A stretch of 64,000 nt of DNA from assembly GCA_049522195.1 (NCBI GenBank), contig JBEKOB010000002.1:49392-113391 (forward strand). Reading direction: 5' to 3'. Under the pieces are notes generated by a model. It made no database searches and was not told the DNA's origin. It was given only the letters and a program-made list of their open reading frames with translations. The stretch is from Bacteroidota bacterium (lineage in GTDB: Bacteria > Bacteroidota > Ignavibacteria > UBA10030). The translations under genes were made by a program, and so were the position numbers. Every line of letters begins with the position of its first letter. The stretch's first letter is position 1. This document shows positions 22,248 to 31,739 of the stretch, piece after piece.

Positions 22248-24863
22248 ATGGCGAATGTGAACGAGAAGATTATACCGGTTGACATTGAAGAAGAAATGAA
22301 GGGTTCCTACATCGATTATTCGATGTCGGTTATCGTTGCGCGGGCGCTGCCCGATGTGCGCGACGGCTTGAAGCCGGTTCACCGTCGCGTGCTGTACGGC
22401 ATGCAGGACCTGGGACTTGCGAGTAACCGGGCGTATAAGAAAAGCGCCCGTATCGTTGGTGAAGTACTCGGCAAGTACCACCCGCATGGCGACTCGGCGG
22501 TATATGACAGCATGGTCCGCATGGTGCAGGATTTCTCCCTGCGCTACCCCCTGGTCGACGGGCAGGGCAATTTTGGATCCGTTGACGGCGACTCTCCGGC
22601 GGCAATGAGGTACACGGAAGCCCGCCTCTCTCGCATTGCCGAGGAAATGCTCAAGGACCTTGAAAAAAACACAGTTGATTTCACCCCCAACTTTGATGAT
22701 ACACTCAAAGAGCCATCGGTTCTCCCGGCGAGCTTTCCGAACCTTCTCTGCAACGGGGCGAGCGGAATTGCCGTCGGCATGGCAACAAACATCCCACCGC
22801 ACAACCTCAGAGAGGTCATAGACGGCTGCATCGCCTATATCAAGAACGAAGAGATCACGAACGACCAATTGATGAAACACATCGTTGCCCCGGATTTTCC
22901 GACCGGCGGCATCATCTACGGCTATGAAGGAGTCAAAGAGGCGTATGCGAACGGTCGCGGCCGAATTCTTGTCCGGGCACGAGCAAGCATCGAGACTGGC
23001 AAGGGGGATCGCCAGCGCATTGTCGTATCAGAGCTTCCCTATATGGTCAACAAGGCCTCGCTGATCGAAAAAATTGCAGATCTCGTCAATGACAAGAAAC
23101 TCGAGGATATTGCCGACGTGCGCGATGAATCCGACCGTGATGGCATGCGCATGGTCATTGAGTTAAGGCGTGATGCGAACGCAGAAGTTGTGCTCAACAA
23201 TCTGTACATGCACACGCAGATGCAGACGACCTTCGGGATTATCATGCTGTCGCTCGTGGAGGGGCGCCCCCGCGTGCTGACGCTGAGAGAAATGATCCAG
23301 AAGTTTGTCGAACACCGAAACGTCGTGATTGTCCGCAGGTCAAAGTACGAGCTCGATGAAGCTGAAAAGCGGGCGCATATCCTCGAGGGTTACATCATTG
23401 CTCTCGATAACATCGATGCGGTGATTAAACTCATCAAGCAGTCGAGGGATGTCGAGTCTGCGAAGCTTGGGCTGATGAAGAAATTCAAACTGTCCGAGAT
23501 CCAGGCGAAAACGATTCTGGACATGCGATTGCAGAAGCTGACGGGTCTCGAGCGGAAAAAAGTTGAGGACGAGTACCGGGAGACAATCAAGCTGATTGAG
23601 AAACTCAAGGCGATCCTGAAGAGCAAGCCGCTGCAGATGAAGATTATCGAGGATGGGCTGCTGGAGCTGAAGGAAAAATATGGCGATGATCGCAGGACCG
23701 AAATCGTTTATAAAGCCGAGGAATTCAGCATAGAGGACATGATTGCCGAGGAAGAGGTGGTTATTACGATCAGCCACCTGGGACTTATCAAGCGGTTCCC
23801 CGTGTCGGGATACCGGCGGCAATCGCGCGGAGGAAAGGGGGTAACGGGAGCGGCGACAAAAGAGGACGATTTTGTCGAACATATGTTTGTTGCCAGCAGC
23901 CACAACTATATCCTGTTCTTCACAAATACCGGCCGTTGTTACTGGTTGAAGGTATTCGAGATTCCCGAAGGGGGGCGCACGGCGAAAGGGAAACCAATCA
24001 ATTCCCTCCTGGCGAAGGGCCCGGAAGAAACCATCAGTGCTTTTATCACGGTAAAGGAATTTGACGATCAGCACTATGTTTTCATGGTTACGGAGTCAGG
24101 GCTTGTGAAAAAGGTGCTCCTTTCCGAGTTCAGCAACCCGCGGAAAAACGGCATCACAGCGACGACACTGAAAAAGGGGGACATCCTTAAGGATGCCAGG
24201 CTGACCGATGGAAAGCAAGACATCATTATCGGGACACGTGACGGAATCGCAATTCGATTCCACGAAGAGGAAGTCAGGCCGATGGGTCGAAGTGCCGTGG
24301 GCGTTCGCGGCATTCGCTTGGCAAAGAAGGACAAAGTCGTCGGTGTTGTGAATCTGAGGAGAAAGGGAACGACCATCCTGGTTGCGACTGAGAGCGGGTA
24401 CGGAAAACGGAGCGAGGAAGAGGAATATCGTGTGAGCCACCGTGGTGGCAAGGGCATCATTACCGTCAAGACGTCGGACAAGACGGGTATCATGGTTGCG
24501 ATCAAAGAGGCGGTCGATACGGATGATGTCGTTGTGGTGACGACAAACGGCATGGTGATCCGCCAGCACGCGTCGGATATCCGGGTGGCAGGGCGCAATA
24601 CACAGGGGGTTCGGCTCATCAGGCTTCACGAGGGGGACGCCGTTGCCGATGTTGCGATCGTCATGGCAGAGGAAGAAGAAGAGAAGCAGCTCGCAGAGAA
24701 GGAAGCTCAGAAGAAGACCAACGGGATGAAGGATGGAAAGTCCAGCCCGGCGCCGGAAAAGGCTGTCAAGAAAGAAACGAAACCCGAGAAAGAAGTCAAA
24801 GCGGAAGCAAAGATAGAGTCGGGCACCCTAAAAGCGCAGAAGAAAAAGAAGAAATCGAAGTAA
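22248..24863 (+). CDS. gyrA: DNA gyrase subunit A, with a Lys/Glu-rich C-terminal extension
   Basis: 871 aa. The N-terminal motif is [14 protein letters not shown], the active-site Tyr is in [10 protein letters not shown], and the C-terminus has a beta-pinwheel. The last ~70 aa are a low-complexity [15 protein letters not shown]...KKKKKSK tail. Confidence 0.97.
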   Translation: MANVNEKIIPVDIEEEMKGSYIDYSMSVIVARALPDVRDGLKPVHRRVLYGMQDLGLASNRAYKKSARIVGEVLGKYHPHGDSAVYDSMVRMVQDFSLRYPLVDGQGNFGSVDGDSPAAMRYTEARLSRIAEEMLKDLEKNTVDFTPNFDDTLKEPSVLPASFPNLLCNGASGIAVGMATNIPPHNLREVIDGCIAYIKNEEITNDQLMKHIVAPDFPTGGIIYGYEGVKEAYANGRGRILVRARASIETGKGDRQRIVVSELPYMVNKASLIEKIADLVNDKKLEDIADVRDESDRDGMRMVIELRRDANAEVVLNNLYMHTQMQTTFGIIMLSLVEGRPRVLTLREMIQKFVEHRNVVIVRRSKYELDEAEKRAHILEGYIIALDNIDAVIKLIKQSRDVESAKLGLMKKFKLSEIQAKTILDMRLQKLTGLERKKVEDEYRETIKLIEKLKAILKSKPLQMKIIEDGLLELKEKYGDDRRTEIVYKAEEFSIEDMIAEEEVVITISHLGLIKRFPVSGYRRQSRGGKGVTGAATKEDDFVEHMFVASSHNYILFFTNTGRCYWLKVFEIPEGGRTAKGKPINSLLAKGPEETISAFITVKEFDDQHYVFMVTESGLVKKVLLSEFSNPRKNGITATTLKKGDILKDARLTDGKQDIIIGTRDGIAIRFHEEEVRPMGRSAVGVRGIRLAKKDKVVGVVNLRRKGTTILVATESGYGKRSEEEEYRVSHRGGKGIITVKTSDKTGIMVAIKEAVDTDDVVVVTTNGMVIRQHASDIRVAGRNTQGVRLIRLHEGDAVADVAIVMAEEEEEKQLAEKEAQKKTNGMKDGKSSPAPEKAVKKETKPEKEVKAEAKIESGTLKAQKKKKKSK

Positions 24864-24992
24864 GCCTCAAGGTGGGAAAGCCACCACGCGGCGTGTCGCT
24901 GCGACCGAATAAGGCGCTGTGAAACGGCGACACAACAATTCCCGTTGTGTCATCAACTCACCAACCCCATCGTCATCATCAAGGAGAAAGCA

Positions 24993-25982
24993 ATGGAGTT
25001 CGTTGCGGGTTTCGTTGTCCTGGTGCTCATTGCTGCCCTGTTCGAGTATCGCTTCAGGAACTCGGACTACCTCATCGTCTACGAGGACAAAACCGGCCTG
25101 GCGACGCGAAAGGGACGCCTCTATCCCCGTCATTTTAGCCTTCCGATCCGGCGAACAACACATTCGTTGCAGCTGATAGTCGAGGCCACCGCAAAGGGTA
25201 ACCTTGAACTACGGGTCAAGCTTGGACTCACCGTCGCTGCAAGCCCGGACAATCTGGCCACGCTCATCCGGGTCGGGGGATGGAACGCGGATGCTGTCGT
25301 ACGGGCGGCGAAAGATCTTGAAGCTTTCTTTCTGGGAATCGTGAAGGCGTATACGGAGCAGTTTGGAATCGAGGATCTTTCCTCGGAGAAGATCCATGAA
25401 CACCTGAATCAAAAAGTGCCTGCCTGCAAAACATCGTTTGGTCTGGACGTGATCTCGCTGACGCTTCTTTCCTTTGAGCCGGTCAATCCCCAGATCTCAG
25501 AGGCCCTGAGGCAGCAGGAGCATGCCCGCATACTGGAACAGACAGAACAGCTGAACCAGAAAGCCCGCGTTGCGGCGGCGAAGGCAAAGCTGAAGGCAGA
25601 TGAAGAAATCGCCCTTCTGGAAAACGAACTTGAGCTGAAGAAATACAACCTGAAGAAGAGCCAACTCGAGCGCGAGTCGTCCCTCTCCGACATTCGCGTT
25701 GACGAAGAGCTGAAGCAAAACCGCAAAAAACTTGAATTTGACAAAGAGGAGCTTGATGTTCTTAGAAGCAGCCCGGAGCTCCTCATGCTCACACCGCAAG
25801 CAGCGCGCCTGGCTGAGGCTAGCCAGGGGTTGAAAAACGCCCGCACCATCGTATCGCTTTCTCCACAGGACCTCTCACAGGGATCTGAATTGCTGGGGAC
25901 ACTACAGAAGATTCTGCTGAGCGCCATCGAATCCTATCGTACAGAAGCGAAAAAGGCGAAAACGAAACGCCCCGTCGAATAA
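24993..25982 (+). CDS. SPFH/band-7 (flotillin-like) membrane protein with a C-terminal coiled coil
   Basis: Start at MEFVAGFVVLVLIAALFEY with AAGGAG upstream. One TM segment is followed by a band-7-like core (...GLDVISLTLLSFEPVNPQISEALRQQEHARILEQ...) and a heptad-rich K/E/L tail. Confidence 0.55.
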   Translation: MEFVAGFVVLVLIAALFEYRFRNSDYLIVYEDKTGLATRKGRLYPRHFSLPIRRTTHSLQLIVEATAKGNLELRVKLGLTVAASPDNLATLIRVGGWNADAVVRAAKDLEAFFLGIVKAYTEQFGIEDLSSEKIHEHLNQKVPACKTSFGLDVISLTLLSFEPVNPQISEALRQQEHARILEQTEQLNQKARVAAAKAKLKADEEIALLENELELKKYNLKKSQLERESSLSDIRVDEELKQNRKKLEFDKEELDVLRSSPELLMLTPQAARLAEASQGLKNARTIVSLSPQDLSQGSELLGTLQKILLSAIESYRTEAKKAKTKRPVE

Positions 25983-26029
25983 ATCACTAACCGGGGGCCT
26001 TCTCTTTGCCGAGGGGTCACGCGCACTCC

Positions 26030-29000
26030 ATGCAAACACACGCCAAGGATCCACTTTCCTTGTTCCGGCTTAAGACGCTCAAGGCGGCCAGGGTTTCTGA
26101 AATCAGTGAAACCACAGCCTCCTCTGCCGCGGCACTGGAAGAGCGCGTCAATTTTCATATCGGCAATCCCGTTCAGGATGTAAGACTCGCATCTGCATAT
26201 CTGCGGATTGTCCTTGGCGTCGACATCCGTCGCGAGGATCTCTGTGACAGCGAAACCGACAATATTCTGAAGCATCTCGATTGGGATGCCCAGGACGAGC
26301 CGAAGCTGACGTTCCTCCGCAACCTGATCCACAAAAGCGCCCCCTACACGCCGCGTGGTGGATTCGCGCGCAACAATCCAAACAGTCTCGTTAAAGCGTT
26401 TGCCGACTGGCTTCAGAGCCAGCCGGAGCCCCTGTCGTATGATCTGGGTCAGACCTCAGGAAGGCGGGAGATTATCCTTGCGACTGGCGGAGTTGAGGAG
26501 TCTCTTCGGGTCCTCTTCCATGCCCTTTCGTCGTTTCTCGTGCAGCAGCCGGCACAGATTTTCCTGCATGGACCCGACGTCGCCATCGATAAAGAAGCAT
26601 ATAAGGGATTGAGGTTTGAGAAACTTCCGGATGACGAATCCCTTGCCCTGCGACAGCTCGGTGAGCACTTGGTCCGGTCTCCACAGGTTCCCACTATTCT
26701 CATCATGGGTTCAATTCTTGGCGAGGAGGCTCGACGATCGCTCCGCGAGACAAGTCTTGATTGCCCACTCTTTTTCGTCGAAGCCAACGATGCTCCGAAT
26801 CATCTGTCCCTTGCCCGCGAAGCAAAACTTACACAGCGTGTTATGCGTGTTCTTACTCCCGCCATCTTCAACAACAGGCTGCGTGATTTGGCCACAGTGT
26901 TTCTGACCGGCAATGCGGACATCCTTGGCATTTTCGAATCGACGCATTTTCAGCTGAAGGGAACCCCCTCGGCTTCCGAAATTGAGCTTCTCACGTATCT
27001 TCTGGAGAACGGAAGTCAGCCCAAGCCGATGGAAAGTCGCAGCAAGGAGATTGTGGTTGAGCCCTCCTATCAATCTCTTTTCCATGGAGTCCGACAGAGG
27101 AATGCGTTTCCCGTCTATGCGCGGCTATTGGATGAGCGTCTGGGTAACTATGTTGCGAGAGTCTCGGAGAACCTTGAAGGGCGAATCGAGCGGATTACCG
27201 GAAAGCTCCGCAGCATTGCTGAAAGGGTGGAGGAGTTTCGTTCACTTGCCCCGTTTGACGTGTTCGCCCAAACGGACACGAGAAGCTTTCTCGATGAGCT
27301 GCCGCGGCAGATTGATTCGCCAGAGTGGCAAGGCGAGCTGGAGCAAAGCCTTCTCCAAGCCTTCTTGAAACACCATCCAGAGTACGAGCTATCGCGAAGT
27401 GTTGTAGTAAGTGGGTCGTCGAGAAGCGCACTTGGCCTCCTTGGATTCCATTGTGGCATACGCGAAGTCGTGGTGTCGGACCTTAGCTGGAGTTATGAGC
27501 ACTGTTTCCCAACGGTCCATCCTGTCCCATTGACGCCAATGTTTGCTCTCGATGTGGACGCTATGATTGAGGCTGTACGGGATCGACTCGCATCGGATGA
27601 GGGGTGGCGGGAGTTTGGTGCTGTGGTGCTCAACAATCCGCACAACGCGACAGGACGTGTATTTGACGAAAGTGGACTAAAGAAACTCATAGCATGGCTT
27701 CTCGATCATGGCGTCTGGGTTATCGACGATCTTTCTTATCAGGAAGTAGCCCCCTCCGCCGTCCTGCCCCACATAAAGACGGTTCGCCAGCTTGCAGATG
27801 AAATCGTTGCCGGGGGACGGTTAACAAAGGAACAAACGGCCAGAGTTATTACTGTCCATTCAGTCTCAAAGACGGACTCGCTGGCAGGTGCCCGCCTGGC
27901 GATCGTGGAAATACGACACGAGAAGCTCTACCGCCAGTTTGTTCAGTCACACAAACACATCCGGCCGAATCTCGGCGCCATTGCACTGACATATTTGTTT
28001 TACCGCAACGAGCCGGAAATCGCCCAGGCCTATTGGCGTCTTCGAAATCAGATTCTTCGTGAACGGACAGATGCGCTCCTTGAAGCAGTCGCGAGCCTTC
28101 CGCGGGATCGCAATCCATTCGAAATCGACATTATTCCCCCAACAGGAAGCCTCTACCCGCTGCTGGTTGTTCATCGGTTGCCATCCGGGCTTTCGCTCGA
28201 TTGGCTGGCTTCGGGGCTGGCACGGCAGGGGATAGGGATGCTGCCACTTTCCACGTTTGCGCGCACGGAGGACGGATTTGACACGGGGCGCAAAACATTC
28301 CGACTTACGCTTGGCGGCTCGGACGGTGCGGAAACTCTCCTCAAGAAAACGCGCCGCGTACTCATAGATCTTAACCGGCTCATCGCGGAAGAATCGTCCC
28401 GATATAACCGCCTCTATTCCCCACTCCGGTCAAGGCGAGAAACTACAACAGAGGCCCAGGAGTTAGTACACACGGATCGTTGGAAACGCATTGAAGAGGG
28501 GGTTATCGCCGCATGTCGGAACGCCAGCCTAAGACACTACCGTCAATTCCGGTTCGGCAATTTGGAGCGGCGATTCTGTGATGAATATGTAGTGGATCGA
28601 CTTGCCGTTTTCAAGCAACGCAGCCTGGATAGGTATCGTCAGTGCGCTCAGCTCATCCAAGAGCCGCGAGCGGACGCTGGAAAATCGCTAACAGCGCGAC
28701 TCGAGCGGGAGCTCTATAAAGACTCACTCCCGCGTCGTGACATCACGTTCCGTCTGCGCACGAGCGATCGAACAGTCCATCCAACACAGATGTACTCGAT
28801 CCAAACGGAACGATGCTTCGAAAACATTATTGATAGACTTGTCCATGACGAATCCGTCACAGTGTCGAGCGTGGAGCGTGCCGCACAGTGTCTACTCGAG
28901 GAGTATCTTGGTCTAAACGTCGCAATCACGTCAAGCGAAGAGTCCGATGAACTTTTGCTCGACCTCGGATCGATGATCGCGGCAGAGAACTCGGCCCTCC

Positions 29001-31642
29001 TGCGGGCTGGCGATACGCGCGCCCACATGATGTCATTCTGGGGGGACTGGGATGGAAGCAATCGGCCGTCCGGTCAGGGTCACAGGCTGGTCGCTTCGAC
29101 GCTGATTGAGAATGTCAGTCACCTGGCGAAACTGCTCTCCGTTCTGCTGAACGCCGACAAGAGTATTCGAATTGCCCCGGAGCTCGCTGCTGAAGTTCAG
29201 ACATTATCAGAGAGCAATCGGCGGTTCACAAAACTGCTGAACAATATCACAGACCTGACGCACCAGCTTGAAAAGCGCTATCGCGGAATTTTGCCGTTCA
29301 GTGTAAAACCCGGAGCAGTACGAAATATCGGGATGAAGTTGCGCCTCGCGCGAGATCCACTCACGCTTCTCTGGCAGCACAATGACAGGCTGGAGCGGAA
29401 GATGGTGGATTTGCGTATCCAACGGAGAGAAACACTTGAGTACTATTTTGCGCTCAATAAGCGGCTAAGAAAACAACTCTTTGCCCTGATCCCAGTGATT
29501 CAGCAGAATATCAGCAACGAGCCGCTTTTGAGAGAGGCGTCCCTCTTCCGCGATTTACTGCAACGGATGGTGATCACCCCGCGCATCGATCAGGCGATGA
29601 TCACCACACAGGATTCGTTTGCGATCGATACCACCGTTTACAACATCTACGAAATCAACGAACTTGCTGCGAAATACGGGAACCCGGGGATCATCCTTGC
29701 CCTGCAGGTCAGCATGTCGACACAGGCGGAGGCACTGATCACGCTGGACCGCAAGTTGCGCTCACGCCGTGAGCAGGTGCTTCGAAACAATCCACAGCTC
29801 GAGCTGCCAATCATCCAGCTTATCCCGCTCTTTGAGGACCTCGATGCGGTCCGCTCGATCCCCTTGTATCTTACAAAAATCTGGGACTACGCTCTTCAAA
29901 GTCGCCGTGTTAATCAGGAGACAGCCGATCGGTTTGCGGAAATCGTCTCAGAGGTCTTCATTGCCGGTTCGGATTTGAGCCAGCAAGTTGGCCAAGCGGC
30001 GGGAGCGGCCCTGTATCGGCAGGCAAAACACGAAACGATGCTGTGGCTGGCGGAGCACCAAGTCATCGATCGGGTAAGGATGAAGATGGGAAGCGGTGAA
30101 CCAATGCAGCGGCAGGGAGGGTACTATGCGAGCATGTCCGGCGAACCCGCGTTTATGAAGACGCTCCCCGCGCAACAGCTCATTGCTTCACATCTTCATG
30201 CAGCAGCACGAAAAAGCACGCAATATGCAACAACGCCGCTCATGGGGATTTTTACGAGCGGCGACCTCCGGACACTTCAAAGCACCATCTCAGAGCAACT
30301 ACGCTATCTCCCCGTTCAGGAAATGGCGAACATTTTGTATCACCTGTGGGAGTCACAGCGAAGACATCGGAGCGACCTGATTCGCGCAGCAGAATCCCTC
30401 GTGGAAAGCCGCCTCCAGCAGAAGAAACGGGGTGAGCAAGAGCTCGAGCGACTGACGGTCGGAACAAAGGATTCTGTCTACGATCAGTTTACCACGTTGC
30501 TGACAGAAGATTTCCGGCAGATTCTTTATGGCAGGGAAGAAGATGTGGTTGGTATTCATATCATCTCTTATTTCATTGCCCGAACGATGCCTCAGTTGCG
30601 GGACCGGCCCACAATCCGCCCGACTGCCGGAGCCGGGAGCGAGCGTGGCCAGCGAATTCTCGAACAGATTGCCAAGATCATACCGCTCTCCAGACATGGA
30701 AGTCGCCTGCGCGCAATTGCTCACAACCAGGCGCAAACAGCTGTGCTGGGCTTCAACCAGCTCACAACAGGACTGTTTCGTGCCCTTGACCGATTTAGGC
30801 AACTTGAATTCAAAGAAGGGGATTCGCGATCGCTGATTGCGGATCGAGTGCTGCCTCATCTTCCGGTATACGAGATGCTTCACACACTCAGGATCTACCA
30901 TGATCCGGAGCTGACATTCCTGAAGCGGATTGAGCCGTCCTTCCCAGCCGGGACATCGGCATTTCTCGCGGTCAGAGAGGACAACGATAGCCTTCCACAC
31001 TATGTCCGACTTCTGCAACAGGAGTTGTTGCGCCGTCATGGACTCGATGTCAACGACTTCTTCGAGAACGGAACATTTACCAGAGAACTTCTTCCCTCGC
31101 TTCGGCCCGACCTGGCGGTGTTGCTCCAGGGAGATCTCTTTAACACAGATGTTGAAAAGTTGCTTGGCAACGCCCGTGGATCGATGGACGAGCGATGGCG
31201 AAAGGAAGTGAACCGCCTTCTTGCTGTGCCGGTGGAGATACGCTCATGGCGGAAAAGCATCTGGGAGTTGCTGGAGAATCCGATCACTCAACGCGTCCAA
31301 GGTTTTGTTGAGCTGGCGGTCGCATTGAATACGCTTTCGCGCAATCAGCCTTTGAAAAACGAATCCAGTCCGCTGCGAGCTATGAAGATGTCTTCCGAAC
31401 TTTCGCACTTCTTTACAGCCGCCAACTCGACAGATGACATGCGCCAATTCCTAGGCGCGGCACTGAGCTATCTTGGGGCAATTTCAGAAGGGATGGTTGA
31501 GGTTCCGGTTGCGATCGTGCGGTCGTTGAAGGAGGTGGAGAAAATCGCAAAGATTGAGGAGCAGGCGTTGTCTCCGGAAAAACAACAACTCCTTCGGTTC
31601 TATATGCTCCAGATAGCCAGACTTGCGGGAGAGAACGGATAA
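26030..31642 (+). CDS. Giant (~1870 aa) orphan multidomain protein: class-I/II PLP aminotransferase-like region fused to a divergent phosphoenolpyruvate-carboxylase-like C-terminal region
   Basis: Uninterrupted 5.6-kb ORF. The track start at 26006 is a TTG; the ATG at 26030 with GAGGGG upstream is preferred. Aminotransferase motifs: LNNPHNATG, IDDLSY about 28 aa later, SVSKTDSLAGARLA with a Lys, and a C-terminal FRLTLG Arg. PEPC-like collinear motifs: TVHPTQ, IPLFEDLDAV...IWDY, IAGSDLSQQVGQAAGAALYRQAK, MGSGEPMQRQGG, terminal Gly. Confidence 0.6.
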   Translation: MQTHAKDPLSLFRLKTLKAARVSEISETTASSAAALEERVNFHIGNPVQDVRLASAYLRIVLGVDIRREDLCDSETDNILKHLDWDAQDEPKLTFLRNLIHKSAPYTPRGGFARNNPNSLVKAFADWLQSQPEPLSYDLGQTSGRREIILATGGVEESLRVLFHALSSFLVQQPAQIFLHGPDVAIDKEAYKGLRFEKLPDDESLALRQLGEHLVRSPQVPTILIMGSILGEEARRSLRETSLDCPLFFVEANDAPNHLSLAREAKLTQRVMRVLTPAIFNNRLRDLATVFLTGNADILGIFESTHFQLKGTPSASEIELLTYLLENGSQPKPMESRSKEIVVEPSYQSLFHGVRQRNAFPVYARLLDERLGNYVARVSENLEGRIERITGKLRSIAERVEEFRSLAPFDVFAQTDTRSFLDELPRQIDSPEWQGELEQSLLQAFLKHHPEYELSRSVVVSGSSRSALGLLGFHCGIREVVVSDLSWSYEHCFPTVHPVPLTPMFALDVDAMIEAVRDRLASDEGWREFGAVVLNNPHNATGRVFDESGLKKLIAWLLDHGVWVIDDLSYQEVAPSAVLPHIKTVRQLADEIVAGGRLTKEQTARVITVHSVSKTDSLAGARLAIVEIRHEKLYRQFVQSHKHIRPNLGAIALTYLFYRNEPEIAQAYWRLRNQILRERTDALLEAVASLPRDRNPFEIDIIPPTGSLYPLLVVHRLPSGLSLDWLASGLARQGIGMLPLSTFARTEDGFDTGRKTFRLTLGGSDGAETLLKKTRRVLIDLNRLIAEESSRYNRLYSPLRSRRETTTEAQELVHTDRWKRIEEGVIAACRNASLRHYRQFRFGNLERRFCDEYVVDRLAVFKQRSLDRYRQCAQLIQEPRADAGKSLTARLERELYKDSLPRRDITFRLRTSDRTVHPTQMYSIQTERCFENIIDRLVHDESVTVSSVERAAQCLLEEYLGLNVAITSSEESDELLLDLGSMIAAENSALLRAGDTRAHMMSFWGDWDGSNRPSGQGHRLVASTLIENVSHLAKLLSVLLNADKSIRIAPELAAEVQTLSESNRRFTKLLNNITDLTHQLEKRYRGILPFSVKPGAVRNIGMKLRLARDPLTLLWQHNDRLERKMVDLRIQRRETLEYYFALNKRLRKQLFALIPVIQQNISNEPLLREASLFRDLLQRMVITPRIDQAMITTQDSFAIDTTVYNIYEINELAAKYGNPGIILALQVSMSTQAEALITLDRKLRSRREQVLRNNPQLELPIIQLIPLFEDLDAVRSIPLYLTKIWDYALQSRRVNQETADRFAEIVSEVFIAGSDLSQQVGQAAGAALYRQAKHETMLWLAEHQVIDRVRMKMGSGEPMQRQGGYYASMSGEPAFMKTLPAQQLIASHLHAAARKSTQYATTPLMGIFTSGDLRTLQSTISEQLRYLPVQEMANILYHLWESQRRHRSDLIRAAESLVESRLQQKKRGEQELERLTVGTKDSVYDQFTTLLTEDFRQILYGREEDVVGIHIISYFIARTMPQLRDRPTIRPTAGAGSERGQRILEQIAKIIPLSRHGSRLRAIAHNQAQTAVLGFNQLTTGLFRALDRFRQLEFKEGDSRSLIADRVLPHLPVYEMLHTLRIYHDPELTFLKRIEPSFPAGTSAFLAVREDNDSLPHYVRLLQQELLRRHGLDVNDFFENGTFTRELLPSLRPDLAVLLQGDLFNTDVEKLLGNARGSMDERWRKEVNRLLAVPVEIRSWRKSIWELLENPITQRVQGFVELAVALNTLSRNQPLKNESSPLRAMKMSSELSHFFTAANSTDDMRQFLGAALSYLGAISEGMVEVPVAIVRSLKEVEKIAKIEEQALSPEKQQLLRFYMLQIARLAGENG

Positions 31643-31674
31643 GGCAGAGGGTCGAAGCATCGGAATAAAATCAA

Positions 31675-31715
31675 TGAAAAACTCCAACCGGTACAGAGCC
31701 GATTGGGGTTTTTGA
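31675..31715. terminator. Possible bidirectional terminator hairpin between the convergent giant ORF and the ALDH gene
   Basis: aaaaactccaaccggtacagagccgattggggttttt: an 8-bp stem (one mismatch) flanked by an A-run on one side and a T-run on the other. Confidence 0.4.
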
Positions 31716-31739
31716 CTTTCTACGTCTTCAACGCGGCGG

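Noticed and set aside
24864-24992. 5-bp hairpin ggtgg-gaaag-ccacc after gyrA
   Set aside because: The stem is too short and has no T-run. Not called as a terminator.
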